Assembly: GCA_003284215.1 (NCBI GenBank)
Contig: QBVW01000004.1
Span: 43,722-107,721, forward strand
From: SAR86 cluster bacterium AG-313-D11
GTDB lineage: Bacteria > Pseudomonadota > Gammaproteobacteria > Magnimaribacterales > D2472
Length of the DNA: 64,000 nt
Direction: 5' to 3'
The first letter of the stretch is position 1. Every line of letters begins with the position of its first letter. Below, piece after piece: positions 9,427-19,729 of the stretch. The notes beneath the pieces were generated by a model, which did not search any database, had not been told where the DNA came from, and worked only from the letters and a program-made list of their open reading frames with translations. Both the position numbers and the translations under genes were made by a program.

Positions 9427-10212
9427 TTATTGCTCATTACTAATCTCAATAGATCTATCTTCCGCAGCTTGAAAGGCATCTTGCAAGATCTTATCAAGAT
9501 TATTCTTTTCAAGAGATTCCAAGCCAGCCTGAGTGGTCCCTCCAGGAGATTTTATCTTATTTATTAAGCTTTCAAAATTCTGCTCTTGCGAAAATGAGTC
9601 ACTTAAGCTGCTGATAAAGTCTTGAAACATTGATTTAGCAGCTGCCTCATTAGTGATGGCTATTTTTTCTAACTCTTGAAGATAGATATTAAGCACTTTA
9701 AAAAGGAAAGCTTGACCACTTCCAATGATGCTGGTGAATCTATGCATCTCATCTTCATTTTGAAGCGCTAAAACATGTCCTACTTTTGAAAATAAGTTGT
9801 TCGCAGTTTTGAATGCAGATGAGTTCTGATCTTCCGCATAGAGAGCCGTTACACCTTTTCTAAAAGCACATGCCGTATTTGGCATTGCACGAACTATGGC
9901 ATTAGGCCGTGAATACTTTTCTATGCCAATGCCTGCAACTAAACTTAATGTATTTGCTTTTGGAGCCAGTTTAGAGATACTTTGTTCGGCGCTCAAAGCA
10001 TCTTTAGGCTTTACTGCCAACATAATCAAATCAAAGTCCATCGAAGCCAAGCTCTCTAATTCAATTATTTTTAAATTCTGCATTTTTAGTGATTCAACTC
10101 TTTGCTCATTTCTTTCAATGCACGCAATATCAGAAGACAAAATGCCGCTTTGCAATAGTCCATTAATGATTGCTTGAGCTATATTGCCACAGCCAAGAAA
10201 ACAAATCTTCAT
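9427..10212 (-). CDS. proC: Pyrroline-5-carboxylate reductase
   Basis: FLGCGNIA, AVKP, RAMPN, SPGGTT. Confidence 0.92.
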   Translation of the reverse strand: MKICFLGCGNIAQAIINGLLQSGILSSDIACIERNEQRVESLKMQNLKIIELESLASMDFDLIMLAVKPKDALSAEQSISKLAPKANTLSLVAGIGIEKYSRPNAIVRAMPNTACAFRKGVTALYAEDQNSSAFKTANNLFSKVGHVLALQNEDEMHRFTSIIGSGQAFLFKVLNIYLQELEKIAITNEAAAKSMFQDFISSLSDSFSQEQNFESLINKIKSPGGTTQAGLESLEKNNLDKILQDAFQAAEDRSIEISNEQ

Positions 10213-10895
10213 GATCTCTTGCCCAACAAACTTTCACCAATCCTTAGAATTGTTGAGCCTGTTAAAATAGATTCCTCAAAGTCACTTGATGTTCCTAGAG
10301 ATAAGTGAGTACAACTTGGCAGTTCGGATAATAGTGATTTATGTAGGCCCTTTATTTTGTTCATAGTATCTATTTTAGCTTTTTTCGAAGCATTAATGTT
10401 TGGCATAAACATTAAGCCTTCTAAAATTAGGTTTGGATAATGGGCAATCAGTTGATTGGTAAAATCAACTACATCTTCTGGAAGAATTCCCGATTTAGAT
10501 TCCTCTTTATCAATATTAACCTGCACTAGCGCATGAATTTTTTTGCCTTCAGACTCTAATGCATCGTTTAGCTTCCTAGCAATCTTTTCCCTGTCTATGG
10601 AGTGCACCCAATTTGCATGTTTAGCAATTAAGCTCACCTTATTGGACTGTATGGGACCTATAAAATGCCAAATAATGTCCCTGGGGCATGCTGAGAATTT
10701 TTCAGCCAACTCTTGTGCATAATTTTCCCCAAAATTATTTATCCCAAGCGCGTATGCCTCATTAATTACATCAATAGACTGTAACTTAGATACAGCCACC
10801 AGTTTTATCTCCTCATCAGGTCTCTGAGCTAGATGGCAAGCTGCTTCGATCTTGCTAGAAATTTCTAAGAGTCTACCTGCTATTCCTTTATGCAT
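10209..10895 (-). CDS. yggS: PLP homeostasis protein YggS
   Basis: VAVSK, FGENYAQE, WHFIGPIQSNK. Confidence 0.92.
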   Translation of the reverse strand: MHKGIAGRLLEISSKIEAACHLAQRPDEEIKLVAVSKLQSIDVINEAYALGINNFGENYAQELAEKFSACPRDIIWHFIGPIQSNKVSLIAKHANWVHSIDREKIARKLNDALESEGKKIHALVQVNIDKEESKSGILPEDVVDFTNQLIAHYPNLILEGLMFMPNINASKKAKIDTMNKIKGLHKSLLSELPSCTHLSLGTSSDFEESILTGSTILRIGESLLGKRS

Positions 10896-11416
10896 TTTTT
10901 GTAGATAAGTGGTTCTCTGCCATTTTTCATGAGCAGTTCTCTTGCATTGTTTACTTCAGATTTATTTAAATATGGTCCTGACATAACCCTAAATAATGGT
11001 TTATCAGGTTGCTTGGAGCTAAATGTTTTTTCAACATAGGATTCTAAGCCCAAAGACAGAAGGGAGCTAAGTTGTTCCTGTGCATATACTCTTTTCCCAT
11101 ACGATTCGATTTGGATTAGGTACTCACAGTCTTCTTCAACAACTATGCCTTCAAGCTCAATCAAGATAGTATCTTTTGCTAATTCAATAGGATATAAAAA
11201 TTCCACAGTTGGATTGCTGACATTGCCTCTTATATTTACAACATCAGTTTGCAGTATCATGTTTGATGCAAATAAAAGCAGGGCGCTCGCAGCACCAATT
11301 ATAAACAAGTGTTTTATTTTTAGCGGCTGATTGAGCTCTCTTTTTGCGCGTAAAGCAGTTTTTACTCTTCTAGCTTTTAACTTATTTATAGGATGTTTTT
11401 TTGCAAAATCTTTCAC
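10880..11416 (-). CDS. SPOR-domain membrane protein (FtsN-like)
   Basis: One TM helix and a C-terminal SPOR-like segment (FRVMSGPY); follows argS as in many Gammaproteobacteria. Confidence 0.65.
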   Translation of the reverse strand: MKDFAKKHPINKLKARRVKTALRAKRELNQPLKIKHLFIIGAASALLLFASNMILQTDVVNIRGNVSNPTVEFLYPIELAKDTILIELEGIVVEEDCEYLIQIESYGKRVYAQEQLSSLLSLGLESYVEKTFSSKQPDKPLFRVMSGPYLNKSEVNNARELLMKNGREPLIYKKCIKE

Positions 11417-11421
11417 ATTAA

Positions 11422-13152
11422 TTACATGCTTTCTAAAGGCTCAATTCCCAACAATTCCAAAGAAGAAGCAATAACAGATTTAACAACGATTAAAGTTCTC
11501 ATAATATTATTCTTTTCTGGTTCTTCTGAGTTAAGAATGTTTACACTGTTATAAAATTGATGAAAGCTTTGTGAGATGTCCCTTAGATAGTAAACAATTA
11601 AGTGTGGCTGAAGATTCTCCCCGGAACTTTTGATAACAAATTGAGCATTTAAAGCTATTTGCAAAAGCTCATCACAGCTATCAAAATCTGCATCATTAAA
11701 TTTGTTTGGCAAAGCCGTGCCTTGCTCAAGATATCTTGTTTCTACAGAACATATTCTGGCATGCGCATATTGAACATAATAATAAAGATTATCTTTAGAA
11801 TTCGATCTAGCAATTTCAAGGTCAAAATCCAGATGTTGGTCTGCTTGTTTGGACAAATAGTAGAATCTTGATGCATCCGGCCCAATGTCATCAATTAATT
11901 TTTTGAGTGTATAAAAATTTCCACTACGAGTAGACATTTTAACTCTTGAACCATTTTCAAAAAGGTTAGCAAATTGAACAAGCTGAACTTGCATTTGTTT
12001 TTTTGAATAACCCATGGCTTCAATGGTTGCTTCAATTCTTTTGATATAACCATGATGATCTGAGCCCCAAACATTTATTATGGTATCGAATCCCCTGTCT
12101 AATTTATTTTTGTGATAAGCCAAATCAGCTGATAAATATGTACCTCTCCCATCTTCTCGAATAATTACACGATCTTTATCATCACCAAATTTGGTAGACT
12201 CTAGCCAAATAGCCCCATTCTTTTCATATGCATGGTCTTTTTTAACCTGGTCGAGTGCTTGAGAAATTTCTGATGCATTATCTGCAAGTTCTCCCAGTGA
12301 AGATTCAAAAAACCAATTATCAAAGATAACTTTGAATTCAGTTAAATCCTCTTTAATAGATTTGATAACATGGTTGAGACCAAAATCCCTGATTGAAAAC
12401 CAATTACTAGGATGATTTATTTTTATTCGTTCAATCAAAACATCTATTTTTTCTTCATCATCTTCTGGAAGATTTTCTATCAGTATCTTTTCTTCTAATT
12501 TGGTGATGGTCTGATTGGTTTCTGCCTCTCTAGCAATATCTATTATGTAAGATCCTTTGTATGCTGAGTTCGGAAAAGTACTGTCATCAAAGCATTCAAA
12601 TTTTCTTAAAAAGATGCTGCATGCCAAAATATCGATTTGCCTACCAGCATCATTCACATAGTATTCCCTTGAGACTTCATGACCTAGTCGCTGTAAGATT
12701 CGTCCAATAGCATCGCCGTAGGCTGCACCTCGACCATGGCCAACATGTAATGGACCAGTTGGATTTGCTGATACAAACTCTATCTGTATTTTTTCACTGG
12801 ATGCATAAGCAGAATCGATAAAAGAATTTGGATTTTTATGAGCATCATCTAGCTGCTTTAAAAAGGCTTCACGAGTTAAAAAAATATTTACAAAACCAGG
12901 TCCTGCTAATTCTACCTTTTCAATCTCAGGATGACTGTCTAGCTTGGGTATAAGCGCTGAAGCTAAATCTTGGGGATTCTTTTTTGCAAGATTGGATGCA
13001 ATCAAGCATAGGTTGGTTGTCCAATGTCCCTTTTGCAAAGAATCTGCAAGGGTAAGCTTATGTTTAGTTACTAATGTCTTCTTTTGATGCGAGTCAAGAG
13101 ATAGTTCATTATCAACAAAATCATTTAACGAAGATAAAATTTGATTATACAA
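11422..13152 (-). CDS. argS: Arginine--tRNA ligase
   Basis: EFVSANPTGPLHVGHGRGA, MSTRSG, YVQYAHAR. Confidence 0.97.
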   Translation of the reverse strand: MYNQILSSLNDFVDNELSLDSHQKKTLVTKHKLTLADSLQKGHWTTNLCLIASNLAKKNPQDLASALIPKLDSHPEIEKVELAGPGFVNIFLTREAFLKQLDDAHKNPNSFIDSAYASSEKIQIEFVSANPTGPLHVGHGRGAAYGDAIGRILQRLGHEVSREYYVNDAGRQIDILACSIFLRKFECFDDSTFPNSAYKGSYIIDIAREAETNQTITKLEEKILIENLPEDDEEKIDVLIERIKINHPSNWFSIRDFGLNHVIKSIKEDLTEFKVIFDNWFFESSLGELADNASEISQALDQVKKDHAYEKNGAIWLESTKFGDDKDRVIIREDGRGTYLSADLAYHKNKLDRGFDTIINVWGSDHHGYIKRIEATIEAMGYSKKQMQVQLVQFANLFENGSRVKMSTRSGNFYTLKKLIDDIGPDASRFYYLSKQADQHLDFDLEIARSNSKDNLYYYVQYAHARICSVETRYLEQGTALPNKFNDADFDSCDELLQIALNAQFVIKSSGENLQPHLIVYYLRDISQSFHQFYNSVNILNSEEPEKNNIMRTLIVVKSVIASSLELLGIEPLESM

Positions 13153-13155
13153 AGT

Positions 13156-13716
13156 CTATACGCGCCCCGAATACTCACCAGATCTTGTGTCCACTTTAAT
13201 TTTTTCACCCTCTTCAACAAATAAGGGAACTTGGATGGTGACCCCAGTTTCTAATTCAGCGGGCTTAGTTGCACCAGATACAGTATCTCCTTTTATACCA
13301 GGGTCTGATTTTGCAATATTCAACTCAACGAATGGTGGGGCTTCAACTGAAATTGGTTCATCATTCCAAATGACAACCTCACAATTCTCTTGTCCAATAA
13401 TCCATTTTTTTGCGTCACCCACAACCTCTCGATTAATACCAATTTGTTCATACGTTGAAGAATTCATAAAATGCCATTGATCACCATCTGAATAAAGATA
13501 GCTCATCTCAACAGTCATTACGTCGGCTTCTTCAACGGATTCGCCTGATTTATATGTTTTATCTACCACTTTGCCAGTAATTAAGTTTCTAAACTTTACT
13601 CTCATAACTGCCTGGCCTTTACCTGGTTTATGAAATTCATGCTCTAGAATCGAACAGGGTTGATCATTGATGATAATTTTTAGACCGTTTCTAAATTGGC
13701 TTGTTGATATTTTCAT
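13156..13716 (-). CDS. efp: Elongation factor P
   Basis: KPGKG loop, PGIKGDT, VDTRSGEY. Confidence 0.97.
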   Translation of the reverse strand: MKISTSQFRNGLKIIINDQPCSILEHEFHKPGKGQAVMRVKFRNLITGKVVDKTYKSGESVEEADVMTVEMSYLYSDGDQWHFMNSSTYEQIGINREVVGDAKKWIIGQENCEVVIWNDEPISVEAPPFVELNIAKSDPGIKGDTVSGATKPAELETGVTIQVPLFVEEGEKIKVDTRSGEYSGRV

Positions 13717-13759
13717 AGTGTGATTAACTCTCTTATTGTATTTAAAAGGGGTCTTTACA

Positions 13760-15589
13760 ATGTCTAAATTTTTATTATCTACTATTTTTCTCTCTATCTT
13801 AGTGCTTTCCTCATGCTCAAGCGAGCATTCGAATGCCCTAACTGAGTCCGATGCAGAGGCATTTCTACAAAGAGTTGAACTTGAAGATAAAACCCTTGGA
13901 CCTATTGTAAGCTCAGCCTATTGGATAGGAGCTAATTTTATCACTTATGATTCCCAGAAAATAGTTGCAGACTATGGCAAAAGATATCAATTGCTTGCAT
14001 TAGAACGTGCCAGACAGGCCTCTGCTTTTGACGAAGTAATCGTTTCTAAAGAAAATCGCAGAAAACTCAATCTTATTAAGAGCTCATTTGTAATGCCGTC
14101 GCCATTGAATGATGAGTTAGCTGGTGAAATTTCTTTGATAAGTGCTGAATTAGACGCTATGTACGGCACTGGAGAACATTGTTTTGCTGATGATGATTGT
14201 TACGACTTAGAGGCATTTGAGTCCATTATTGATAATTCCAGAGATCCCAATGAGCTTTTAAAGGCGTGGGAGGGCTGGAGAAATATTGGCAAGCCGATGA
14301 AAGATATGTACTTAAGAATGGTAGAAATCGGTAATCAAGGCGCTAATGATTTAGGTTATGAAGGCTTAACTGATCTATGGTTTAGTCAGTATGACATGCC
14401 CGCAGATGAGTTTTTAGATGAAACCGATAGAGTCTGGGATGAGCTTAAGCCTTTATATGATGCCTTGCATTGTCACGTTCGTGATGAGCTCTCAAATCAT
14501 TATGGCGAAGAAGTAGTAGCTAAAACCGGCTATTTACCAGCCCATATTCTAGGAAATATGTGGGGGCAATCTTGGTCAAACATTTATGATCTTGTTTATA
14601 CACCCGAAATAAGCTCAACCGCCTCAAAAATAAACTTGACAAACATACTTATAGAAAAAGACATCGATGAAATAGAAATGGTAAAGATTGCTGAGAACTT
14701 TTTTATCTCGCTTGGGTTTGAGCCTTTGTCTGATACCTTTTGGGAAAGGTCATTATTTATTAAACCCCAAGATCGAAATGTTGTCTGTCATGCGTCTGCA
14801 TGGGATCTTAATTCAGACATAAATGATTTACGTATCAAAATGTGTATAGAAAGAAATGCAGAAGACTTTTCAGTAATCCATCATGAGTTAGGCCATATTT
14901 TCTATTATCAAGCCTATAGTGATCTGCCAGATATTTTTCAGAGTGGAGCAAACGATGGTTTTCATGAGGCTGTAGGAGACCTATTAACATTATCAATTAC
15001 ACCAGACTATCTGCAAAAAATTGATATGGTATCTAAGGAAGAAGCTAAGCAAGCAAATGCAGATCCAATTTCTTTGTTGATGCAGCAAGCGCTTGATGGC
15101 GTAGTCTCTGTACCCTGGACTTTGATGTTAGATAAATGGAGGGCAAAAGTTTTTACGGGTGAGACCAGCCCAGAGGAACTAAATAATTCCTGGTGGGAAT
15201 TAAGAGAATTTTATCAGGGCATTGGTGCGCCTCGCGATCGAGATGTTGATGCATTTGATCCGGGAGCGAAATACCACATTCCCGGCAACACTCCTTACAC
15301 CAGATATTACCTAGCAAAAATTCTTCAATATCAATTTCATGAATCTCTTTGTAATCAAATGGGATTCGAGGGACCTCTTCACGAATGTTCAATTTATGAT
15401 AATGAGCTTGCTGGGGAGAAATTACGGGCCATGCTTGCTCTAGGTCAGAGCAGAGAATGGCAAACTGCTTTAGAAGCAATGACTGGGACTAGAGAGTTAA
15501 GCGGAAGATCAATGCTAAACTATTATCAACCACTTAAAGATTGGCTTGATGTTCAAAATGCCGAACGCACATGTGGATGGGAGGGATAA
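13760..15589 (+). CDS. M2-family metallopeptidase (ACE-like peptidyl-dipeptidase), probable lipoprotein
   Basis: HHELGH and EAVGD zinc ligands; CHASAWD, GNMWGQSW, FDPGAKYH; lipobox LSSC. Confidence 0.92.
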   Translation: MSKFLLSTIFLSILVLSSCSSEHSNALTESDAEAFLQRVELEDKTLGPIVSSAYWIGANFITYDSQKIVADYGKRYQLLALERARQASAFDEVIVSKENRRKLNLIKSSFVMPSPLNDELAGEISLISAELDAMYGTGEHCFADDDCYDLEAFESIIDNSRDPNELLKAWEGWRNIGKPMKDMYLRMVEIGNQGANDLGYEGLTDLWFSQYDMPADEFLDETDRVWDELKPLYDALHCHVRDELSNHYGEEVVAKTGYLPAHILGNMWGQSWSNIYDLVYTPEISSTASKINLTNILIEKDIDEIEMVKIAENFFISLGFEPLSDTFWERSLFIKPQDRNVVCHASAWDLNSDINDLRIKMCIERNAEDFSVIHHELGHIFYYQAYSDLPDIFQSGANDGFHEAVGDLLTLSITPDYLQKIDMVSKEEAKQANADPISLLMQQALDGVVSVPWTLMLDKWRAKVFTGETSPEELNNSWWELREFYQGIGAPRDRDVDAFDPGAKYHIPGNTPYTRYYLAKILQYQFHESLCNQMGFEGPLHECSIYDNELAGEKLRAMLALGQSREWQTALEAMTGTRELSGRSMLNYYQPLKDWLDVQNAERTCGWEG

Positions 15590-16461
15590 TGAAACACTTA
15601 ACTAATTTAACCATTGCTGCTGGAGTCTTTATTTTTACAAAGCTCTATGCTGATGCAATTTCTTTTAATAGCATTGATATCTCAGGAGTGAATTTGGTTG
15701 GGCATCTCCTGGTTATGATTTTTGTTATTCAGTGGATTGCATATATTCCAGCCTTTATATTTAAGACTGAAAAATTTTACGATTTAACGGGTAGCCTTAC
15801 ATATATATCTGCTATTTTGCTTGCTTTGTATTCAACTAACACTTCTCAAAGTTTTGATCTTGGCGGCCTAATCATAGGTTTAGCAATTATTGTTTGGGCA
15901 ATAAGGCTTGGCTCATTCTTATTTATGAGAATTCATAAAGATAAAAAAGATGGAAGATTTGATTCTATAAAAACTTCTTTTTCTCAGTTTTTTATGACAT
16001 GGACCTTGCAGGGCATGTGGGTATTTATATGCTCATCAGCGGCTCTGGTCGCAATTGCCAATCCAACGGGAGTAGTTATAAATAGTGTATTTATGCTTGG
16101 GCTTGCTTTGTTTATCTTGGGCTTTGTAGTTGAAGTAATAGCTGACAATCAAAAAACTGTATTTAGATCAATTCCAGAGAATAAAGATTTATTTATAAAT
16201 GAAGGGCTATGGGCTAGATCCAGACATCCAAACTACTTTGGGGAAATTACACTATGGACGGGTATTACCGTAATGGGCATTTCCACATTTGAGGGAATGA
16301 ACTACCTAGCAATTTTCTCTCCCATCTTTTCCTATTTACTTCTGGTATATGTGAGCGGGGTGCGAATGTTGGAATACAGGGGCCATAAGAAATGGGGTCA
16401 TCTTGAGGAATATCAAAATTATAAAAAGAATACTCCAAAATTAATTCCAAAACTCTACTAG
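15589..16461 (+). CDS. DUF1295 / steroid-5-alpha-reductase-like membrane protein
   Basis: EKFYDLTGS, DGRFD, ADNQK, SRHPNYFGE; TAATG overlap with the upstream gene. Confidence 0.85.
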   Translation: MKHLTNLTIAAGVFIFTKLYADAISFNSIDISGVNLVGHLLVMIFVIQWIAYIPAFIFKTEKFYDLTGSLTYISAILLALYSTNTSQSFDLGGLIIGLAIIVWAIRLGSFLFMRIHKDKKDGRFDSIKTSFSQFFMTWTLQGMWVFICSSAALVAIANPTGVVINSVFMLGLALFILGFVVEVIADNQKTVFRSIPENKDLFINEGLWARSRHPNYFGEITLWTGITVMGISTFEGMNYLAIFSPIFSYLLLVYVSGVRMLEYRGHKKWGHLEEYQNYKKNTPKLIPKLY

Positions 16462-16634
16462 CAAGTCTTTCTAAGATATTATTAGCTAAATATATGATTA
16501 CTTTCTGAACATATTTTGTTGAGCGTTTTCTAGCATCATTTCATTAAAATTAGGTACAATCACAAGGTTATAAATGTTTGAATATTTTCACTACGCTGTT
16601 AGACTAGTGAACCATTTTTCCTAGGGAGAAAAAA

Positions 16635-17387
16635 ATGTTAAAGAAAAACCTAGTAGTTCTTACTATGCTGACAAGCTTTGTCACCGCATCAGAGATGGAA
16701 CTAGTTTTAGAAGTTGGAAGAGACAACACAGATCTTTCTGCTCAATCACAAGCAAAAATTGATACTACTGAGTCAGCTACTGACAAACTAATTAATGAGT
16801 TTAAAGTTGTTTCAAAGCAAGTTGAGGGATTGAAACTGTATAACGCTCAAAAAAGAATTCAAATACAAGCTCAGCTTGATTTAATGGATAAATATGATGA
16901 ACAGCTTATTCAAGTTGTTGTTATGCAAAGACAAATTCCGCCTCTTGCTCAAAGGATGTTAGAAGGTCTTGAAAAGTATGTCAGTCTTGATACTCCTTTT
17001 CACATAGAAGAAAGGAAACAAAGACTTGATCTTGTGAGAGCATCATTATCCAATCCAAAGGTTACCGCTTCTGAGCAAGTTAGACAGATTTTAGAGGCTT
17101 ACAATATTGAAGCTGAATATGGTAGAAAGCTTGATGCATATGATGAAACAATTGTATTGGATGGCCAGGAAGTTGTTGTAAATATCTTAAGAGTTGGAAG
17201 ACTCGGAATGTTCTTTCAAACCAAAGATGAAAGACAAACAGGCTACTATGATAACGAATTAGGCTCATGGGAAGAGCTTCCAGGTAGCTATAGAGTGCAG
17301 GTAAGAGATGGCATCAGAATGGCGCAAAAACTTGCGCCCATGGATATCATGATGTTGCCGGTTGTCTTTAGAGGAGATGCGTCATGA
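16635..17387 (+). CDS. DUF3450 periplasmic protein of a TonB system
   Basis: Signal peptide, coiled coil, ILEAYNIEAEYGR, LRVGRLG; GGGAG RBS. Confidence 0.85.
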   Translation: MLKKNLVVLTMLTSFVTASEMELVLEVGRDNTDLSAQSQAKIDTTESATDKLINEFKVVSKQVEGLKLYNAQKRIQIQAQLDLMDKYDEQLIQVVVMQRQIPPLAQRMLEGLEKYVSLDTPFHIEERKQRLDLVRASLSNPKVTASEQVRQILEAYNIEAEYGRKLDAYDETIVLDGQEVVVNILRVGRLGMFFQTKDERQTGYYDNELGSWEELPGSYRVQVRDGIRMAQKLAPMDIMMLPVVFRGDAS

Positions 17388-18766
17388 AAAATCTAAATAA
17401 ACTTTTTTTCACTCTTGCTGTCACTTTTTCTTTTGTGCTTGTCGCACAAGAAGACACTGAAGGAGAGCCAACTACAATACAAGGTCTACTTCAACTGGTT
17501 GAGCAAGGCAGAATTTCAGAACAAAGCGTAAACGCTCAAAGAGAAGCAGATTTTTTAGCTAATAAAAATCAGCAAGCAGCCAAACTAGCAGCAGAAAAAA
17601 GAGAATTAGCCAGGCAAGAAAGAATTGCTGATGAGCTTGAAACGGAATATAAAAAGAATGATGCGATTCTAGTTGTTAAGGAAGCTGCTTATAAAAAAGA
17701 ACTAGGTTCTTTAGTTGAGCTTTTTGGTCACTTGCAGAGTTCTGCGGGAGAGGCTAGTGCCCTTTTTGCTGATTCCTTAACTTCTGCTCAGTATGGAAGA
17801 GACAGAGAAACATTTTTAAATAATCTTTCTTCTAAAATGTCTAGCGCAACAGAACTTCCGACTATTAGAGAATTAGAAGGCCTATGGTATGAGCTTCAAA
17901 GAGAGATGGTTGCGGGCTCAGAAGTTGTTTCTTTCAATGCTAATGTTATTACTCTTGATGGTGAATCAGTAGAGTGTAGCGTCACCAGAGTCGGTCTCTA
18001 TAATGCTATATGTGATGGCAAATATTTAGAATATATTGGTAGCAAAGGTCAATACGCGTTTCTAGGGAAACAACCTGAAGGTCGTTATGTTAGTTCAGCA
18101 AAAAAACTTTCTAAGGCTGATGTTGGTGAAGTTGTAAAGTTTGGAGTAGATCCTACTGGCCCTGTTGGCGGAAGCTTGCTAGCTAACCTAATTCAAAACC
18201 CAAGCTTAATGGAAAGAGTTAATCAGGGTAGAGAAGTTGGTTACATAATTATATTTGTTGGTATATTTGGTATAGCTATAGCATTTTGGAAGTTATTTAC
18301 TTTATATACTATGGGTGTTGCAGTAGCTAAACAGGCTAAATCTAAGACTCATGATAAATCTAATCCTTTGGGCAGAGTGCTTGCAGTTGGTGAAGAGCAT
18401 ATGGGCAAGGATATTGAAACACTTGAACTTCGCCTTGCAGAAGCAATAATGGCTGAAAGACCAGCGATTGAGAGGGGAATTCCTGTTGTTAAAATTATAT
18501 CAGTGGTAGCGCCACTGGCAGGACTGCTTGGAACTGTGACAGGTATGATTGTGACCTTCCAGCAGATTACCTTATTTGGTACTGGTGATCCTAAAATTAT
18601 GGCTGGTGGTATTTCACAAGCTCTAGTTACAACTGTTTTAGGGCTGGTAGTTGCAATTCCAACAACACTTTTACACTCTTTTGCTAATTCATCTGCAAGA
18701 GGAATTATCAATGTTCTTGAAGAGCAAAGTACAGGAATTGTTGCAGAACACTCTGATTCAAAGTAA
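17384..18766 (+). CDS. Long MotA/TolQ/ExbB protein (TtpC-like)
   Basis: Large periplasmic domain followed by APLAGLLGTVTGMI and ISQALVTT. Confidence 0.88.
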   Translation: MKNLNKLFFTLAVTFSFVLVAQEDTEGEPTTIQGLLQLVEQGRISEQSVNAQREADFLANKNQQAAKLAAEKRELARQERIADELETEYKKNDAILVVKEAAYKKELGSLVELFGHLQSSAGEASALFADSLTSAQYGRDRETFLNNLSSKMSSATELPTIRELEGLWYELQREMVAGSEVVSFNANVITLDGESVECSVTRVGLYNAICDGKYLEYIGSKGQYAFLGKQPEGRYVSSAKKLSKADVGEVVKFGVDPTGPVGGSLLANLIQNPSLMERVNQGREVGYIIIFVGIFGIAIAFWKLFTLYTMGVAVAKQAKSKTHDKSNPLGRVLAVGEEHMGKDIETLELRLAEAIMAERPAIERGIPVVKIISVVAPLAGLLGTVTGMIVTFQQITLFGTGDPKIMAGGISQALVTTVLGLVVAIPTTLLHSFANSSARGIINVLEEQSTGIVAEHSDSK

Positions 18767-18773
18767 TTAGATA

Positions 18774-19298
18774 ATGTTTTACGCAATTACTGAAGCATTT
18801 AACACCCTCAGAGACTTTATGTCTGCTGGGGGAAGTGTTTTATGGCTAATTGCTATTCTAGCTGCGTTTATGTGGGCAATTATTTTAGAGAGAATTTGGT
18901 ATTTTAATGCTGGTCATCAGCTCTATATGACATCCTTAAAAGTAGAATGGGAGTCTATCGAAGATCATTCAACTTGGAAAGCCGAGCAAATTAAAGAAAA
19001 GCTTATCTCTCAAGCAAAAATTGAAGTAAACAAATATCTTTCGCTTGTTAATACATGTGTTGCATTAGCTCCTCTTTTCGGATTGCTTGGAACTGTAACT
19101 GGAATGATTGAGGTCTTCCAAGTAATGGCATTTACTGGGGGTGGTGATGCAAGATCAATGGCTGGTGGTGTTTCTAAGGCTACACTTCCAACTATGGCTG
19201 GTATGACAACTGCTCTTTCTGGAGTCTTTGCCACCATATATCTAAATTCAGCAAGAAACAGAGAAGAATTATTAATTAAAGATACAATTAAAAGTTAA
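18774..19298 (+). CDS. exbB: ExbB proton channel
   Basis: APLFGLLGTVTGMI, MAGGVSKAT. Confidence 0.88.
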   Translation: MFYAITEAFNTLRDFMSAGGSVLWLIAILAAFMWAIILERIWYFNAGHQLYMTSLKVEWESIEDHSTWKAEQIKEKLISQAKIEVNKYLSLVNTCVALAPLFGLLGTVTGMIEVFQVMAFTGGGDARSMAGGVSKATLPTMAGMTTALSGVFATIYLNSARNREELLIKDTIKS

Positions 19299-19310
19299 TA
19301 GGAGAATATT

Positions 19311-19721
19311 GTGAGAAGAAACGCTATTTCAAGTGCAGTCCAAGAGGAAGAAGCAGAAATTAATATGACCCCGATGCTTGATGTCGTATTTATCATGCTG
19401 ATTTTTTTTATTGTTACAGCAAATTTTATCAAAGAACCTGGCTTAGAAATTAATAGACCAGAATCTAATACATCCGAAACTCAAGAGAATGCAGCAATTC
19501 TAATTGCAGTCGGAGCATCTGGTGAAATATGGATGGATGGAAGAAGAATTGATGCAAGGCAAGTTAAAGCTAATGTGGTTAAATTGCTTGCTGATAATCC
19601 TCAAGGGTCTGTCGTAATTCAGGCAGATGAAAAAGCTGAGGCAGATACTATAATTAAAGTTATGGATGGCTCGAGAGAGGCAGGCGTATATAACATCTCA
19701 CTTGCATCTGAGCCTAAATAG
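19311..19721 (+). CDS. exbD: ExbD
   Basis: INMTPMLDVVFIMLIFFIV. Confidence 0.92.
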   Translation: MRRNAISSAVQEEEAEINMTPMLDVVFIMLIFFIVTANFIKEPGLEINRPESNTSETQENAAILIAVGASGEIWMDGRRIDARQVKANVVKLLADNPQGSVVIQADEKAEADTIIKVMDGSREAGVYNISLASEPK

Positions 19722-19729
19722 AGAATAAA

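Noticed and set aside
16462-16634. Cobalamin or TPP riboswitch, or Fur box, upstream of the TonB cluster
   Set aside because: No conserved motifs seen; only a TACAAT -10 and a weak TTCACTA/TAGTGAA stem.
18349-18786. 145-aa minus-strand ORF, and the many other short ORFs nested in called genes
   Set aside because: Antisense or off-frame shadows of well-conserved genes, with no motifs of their own.
18500-19200. Similar DNA stretches in the two exbB-like genes as a repeat element
   Set aside because: They reflect the shared GLLGTVTGMI protein motif of paralogs.
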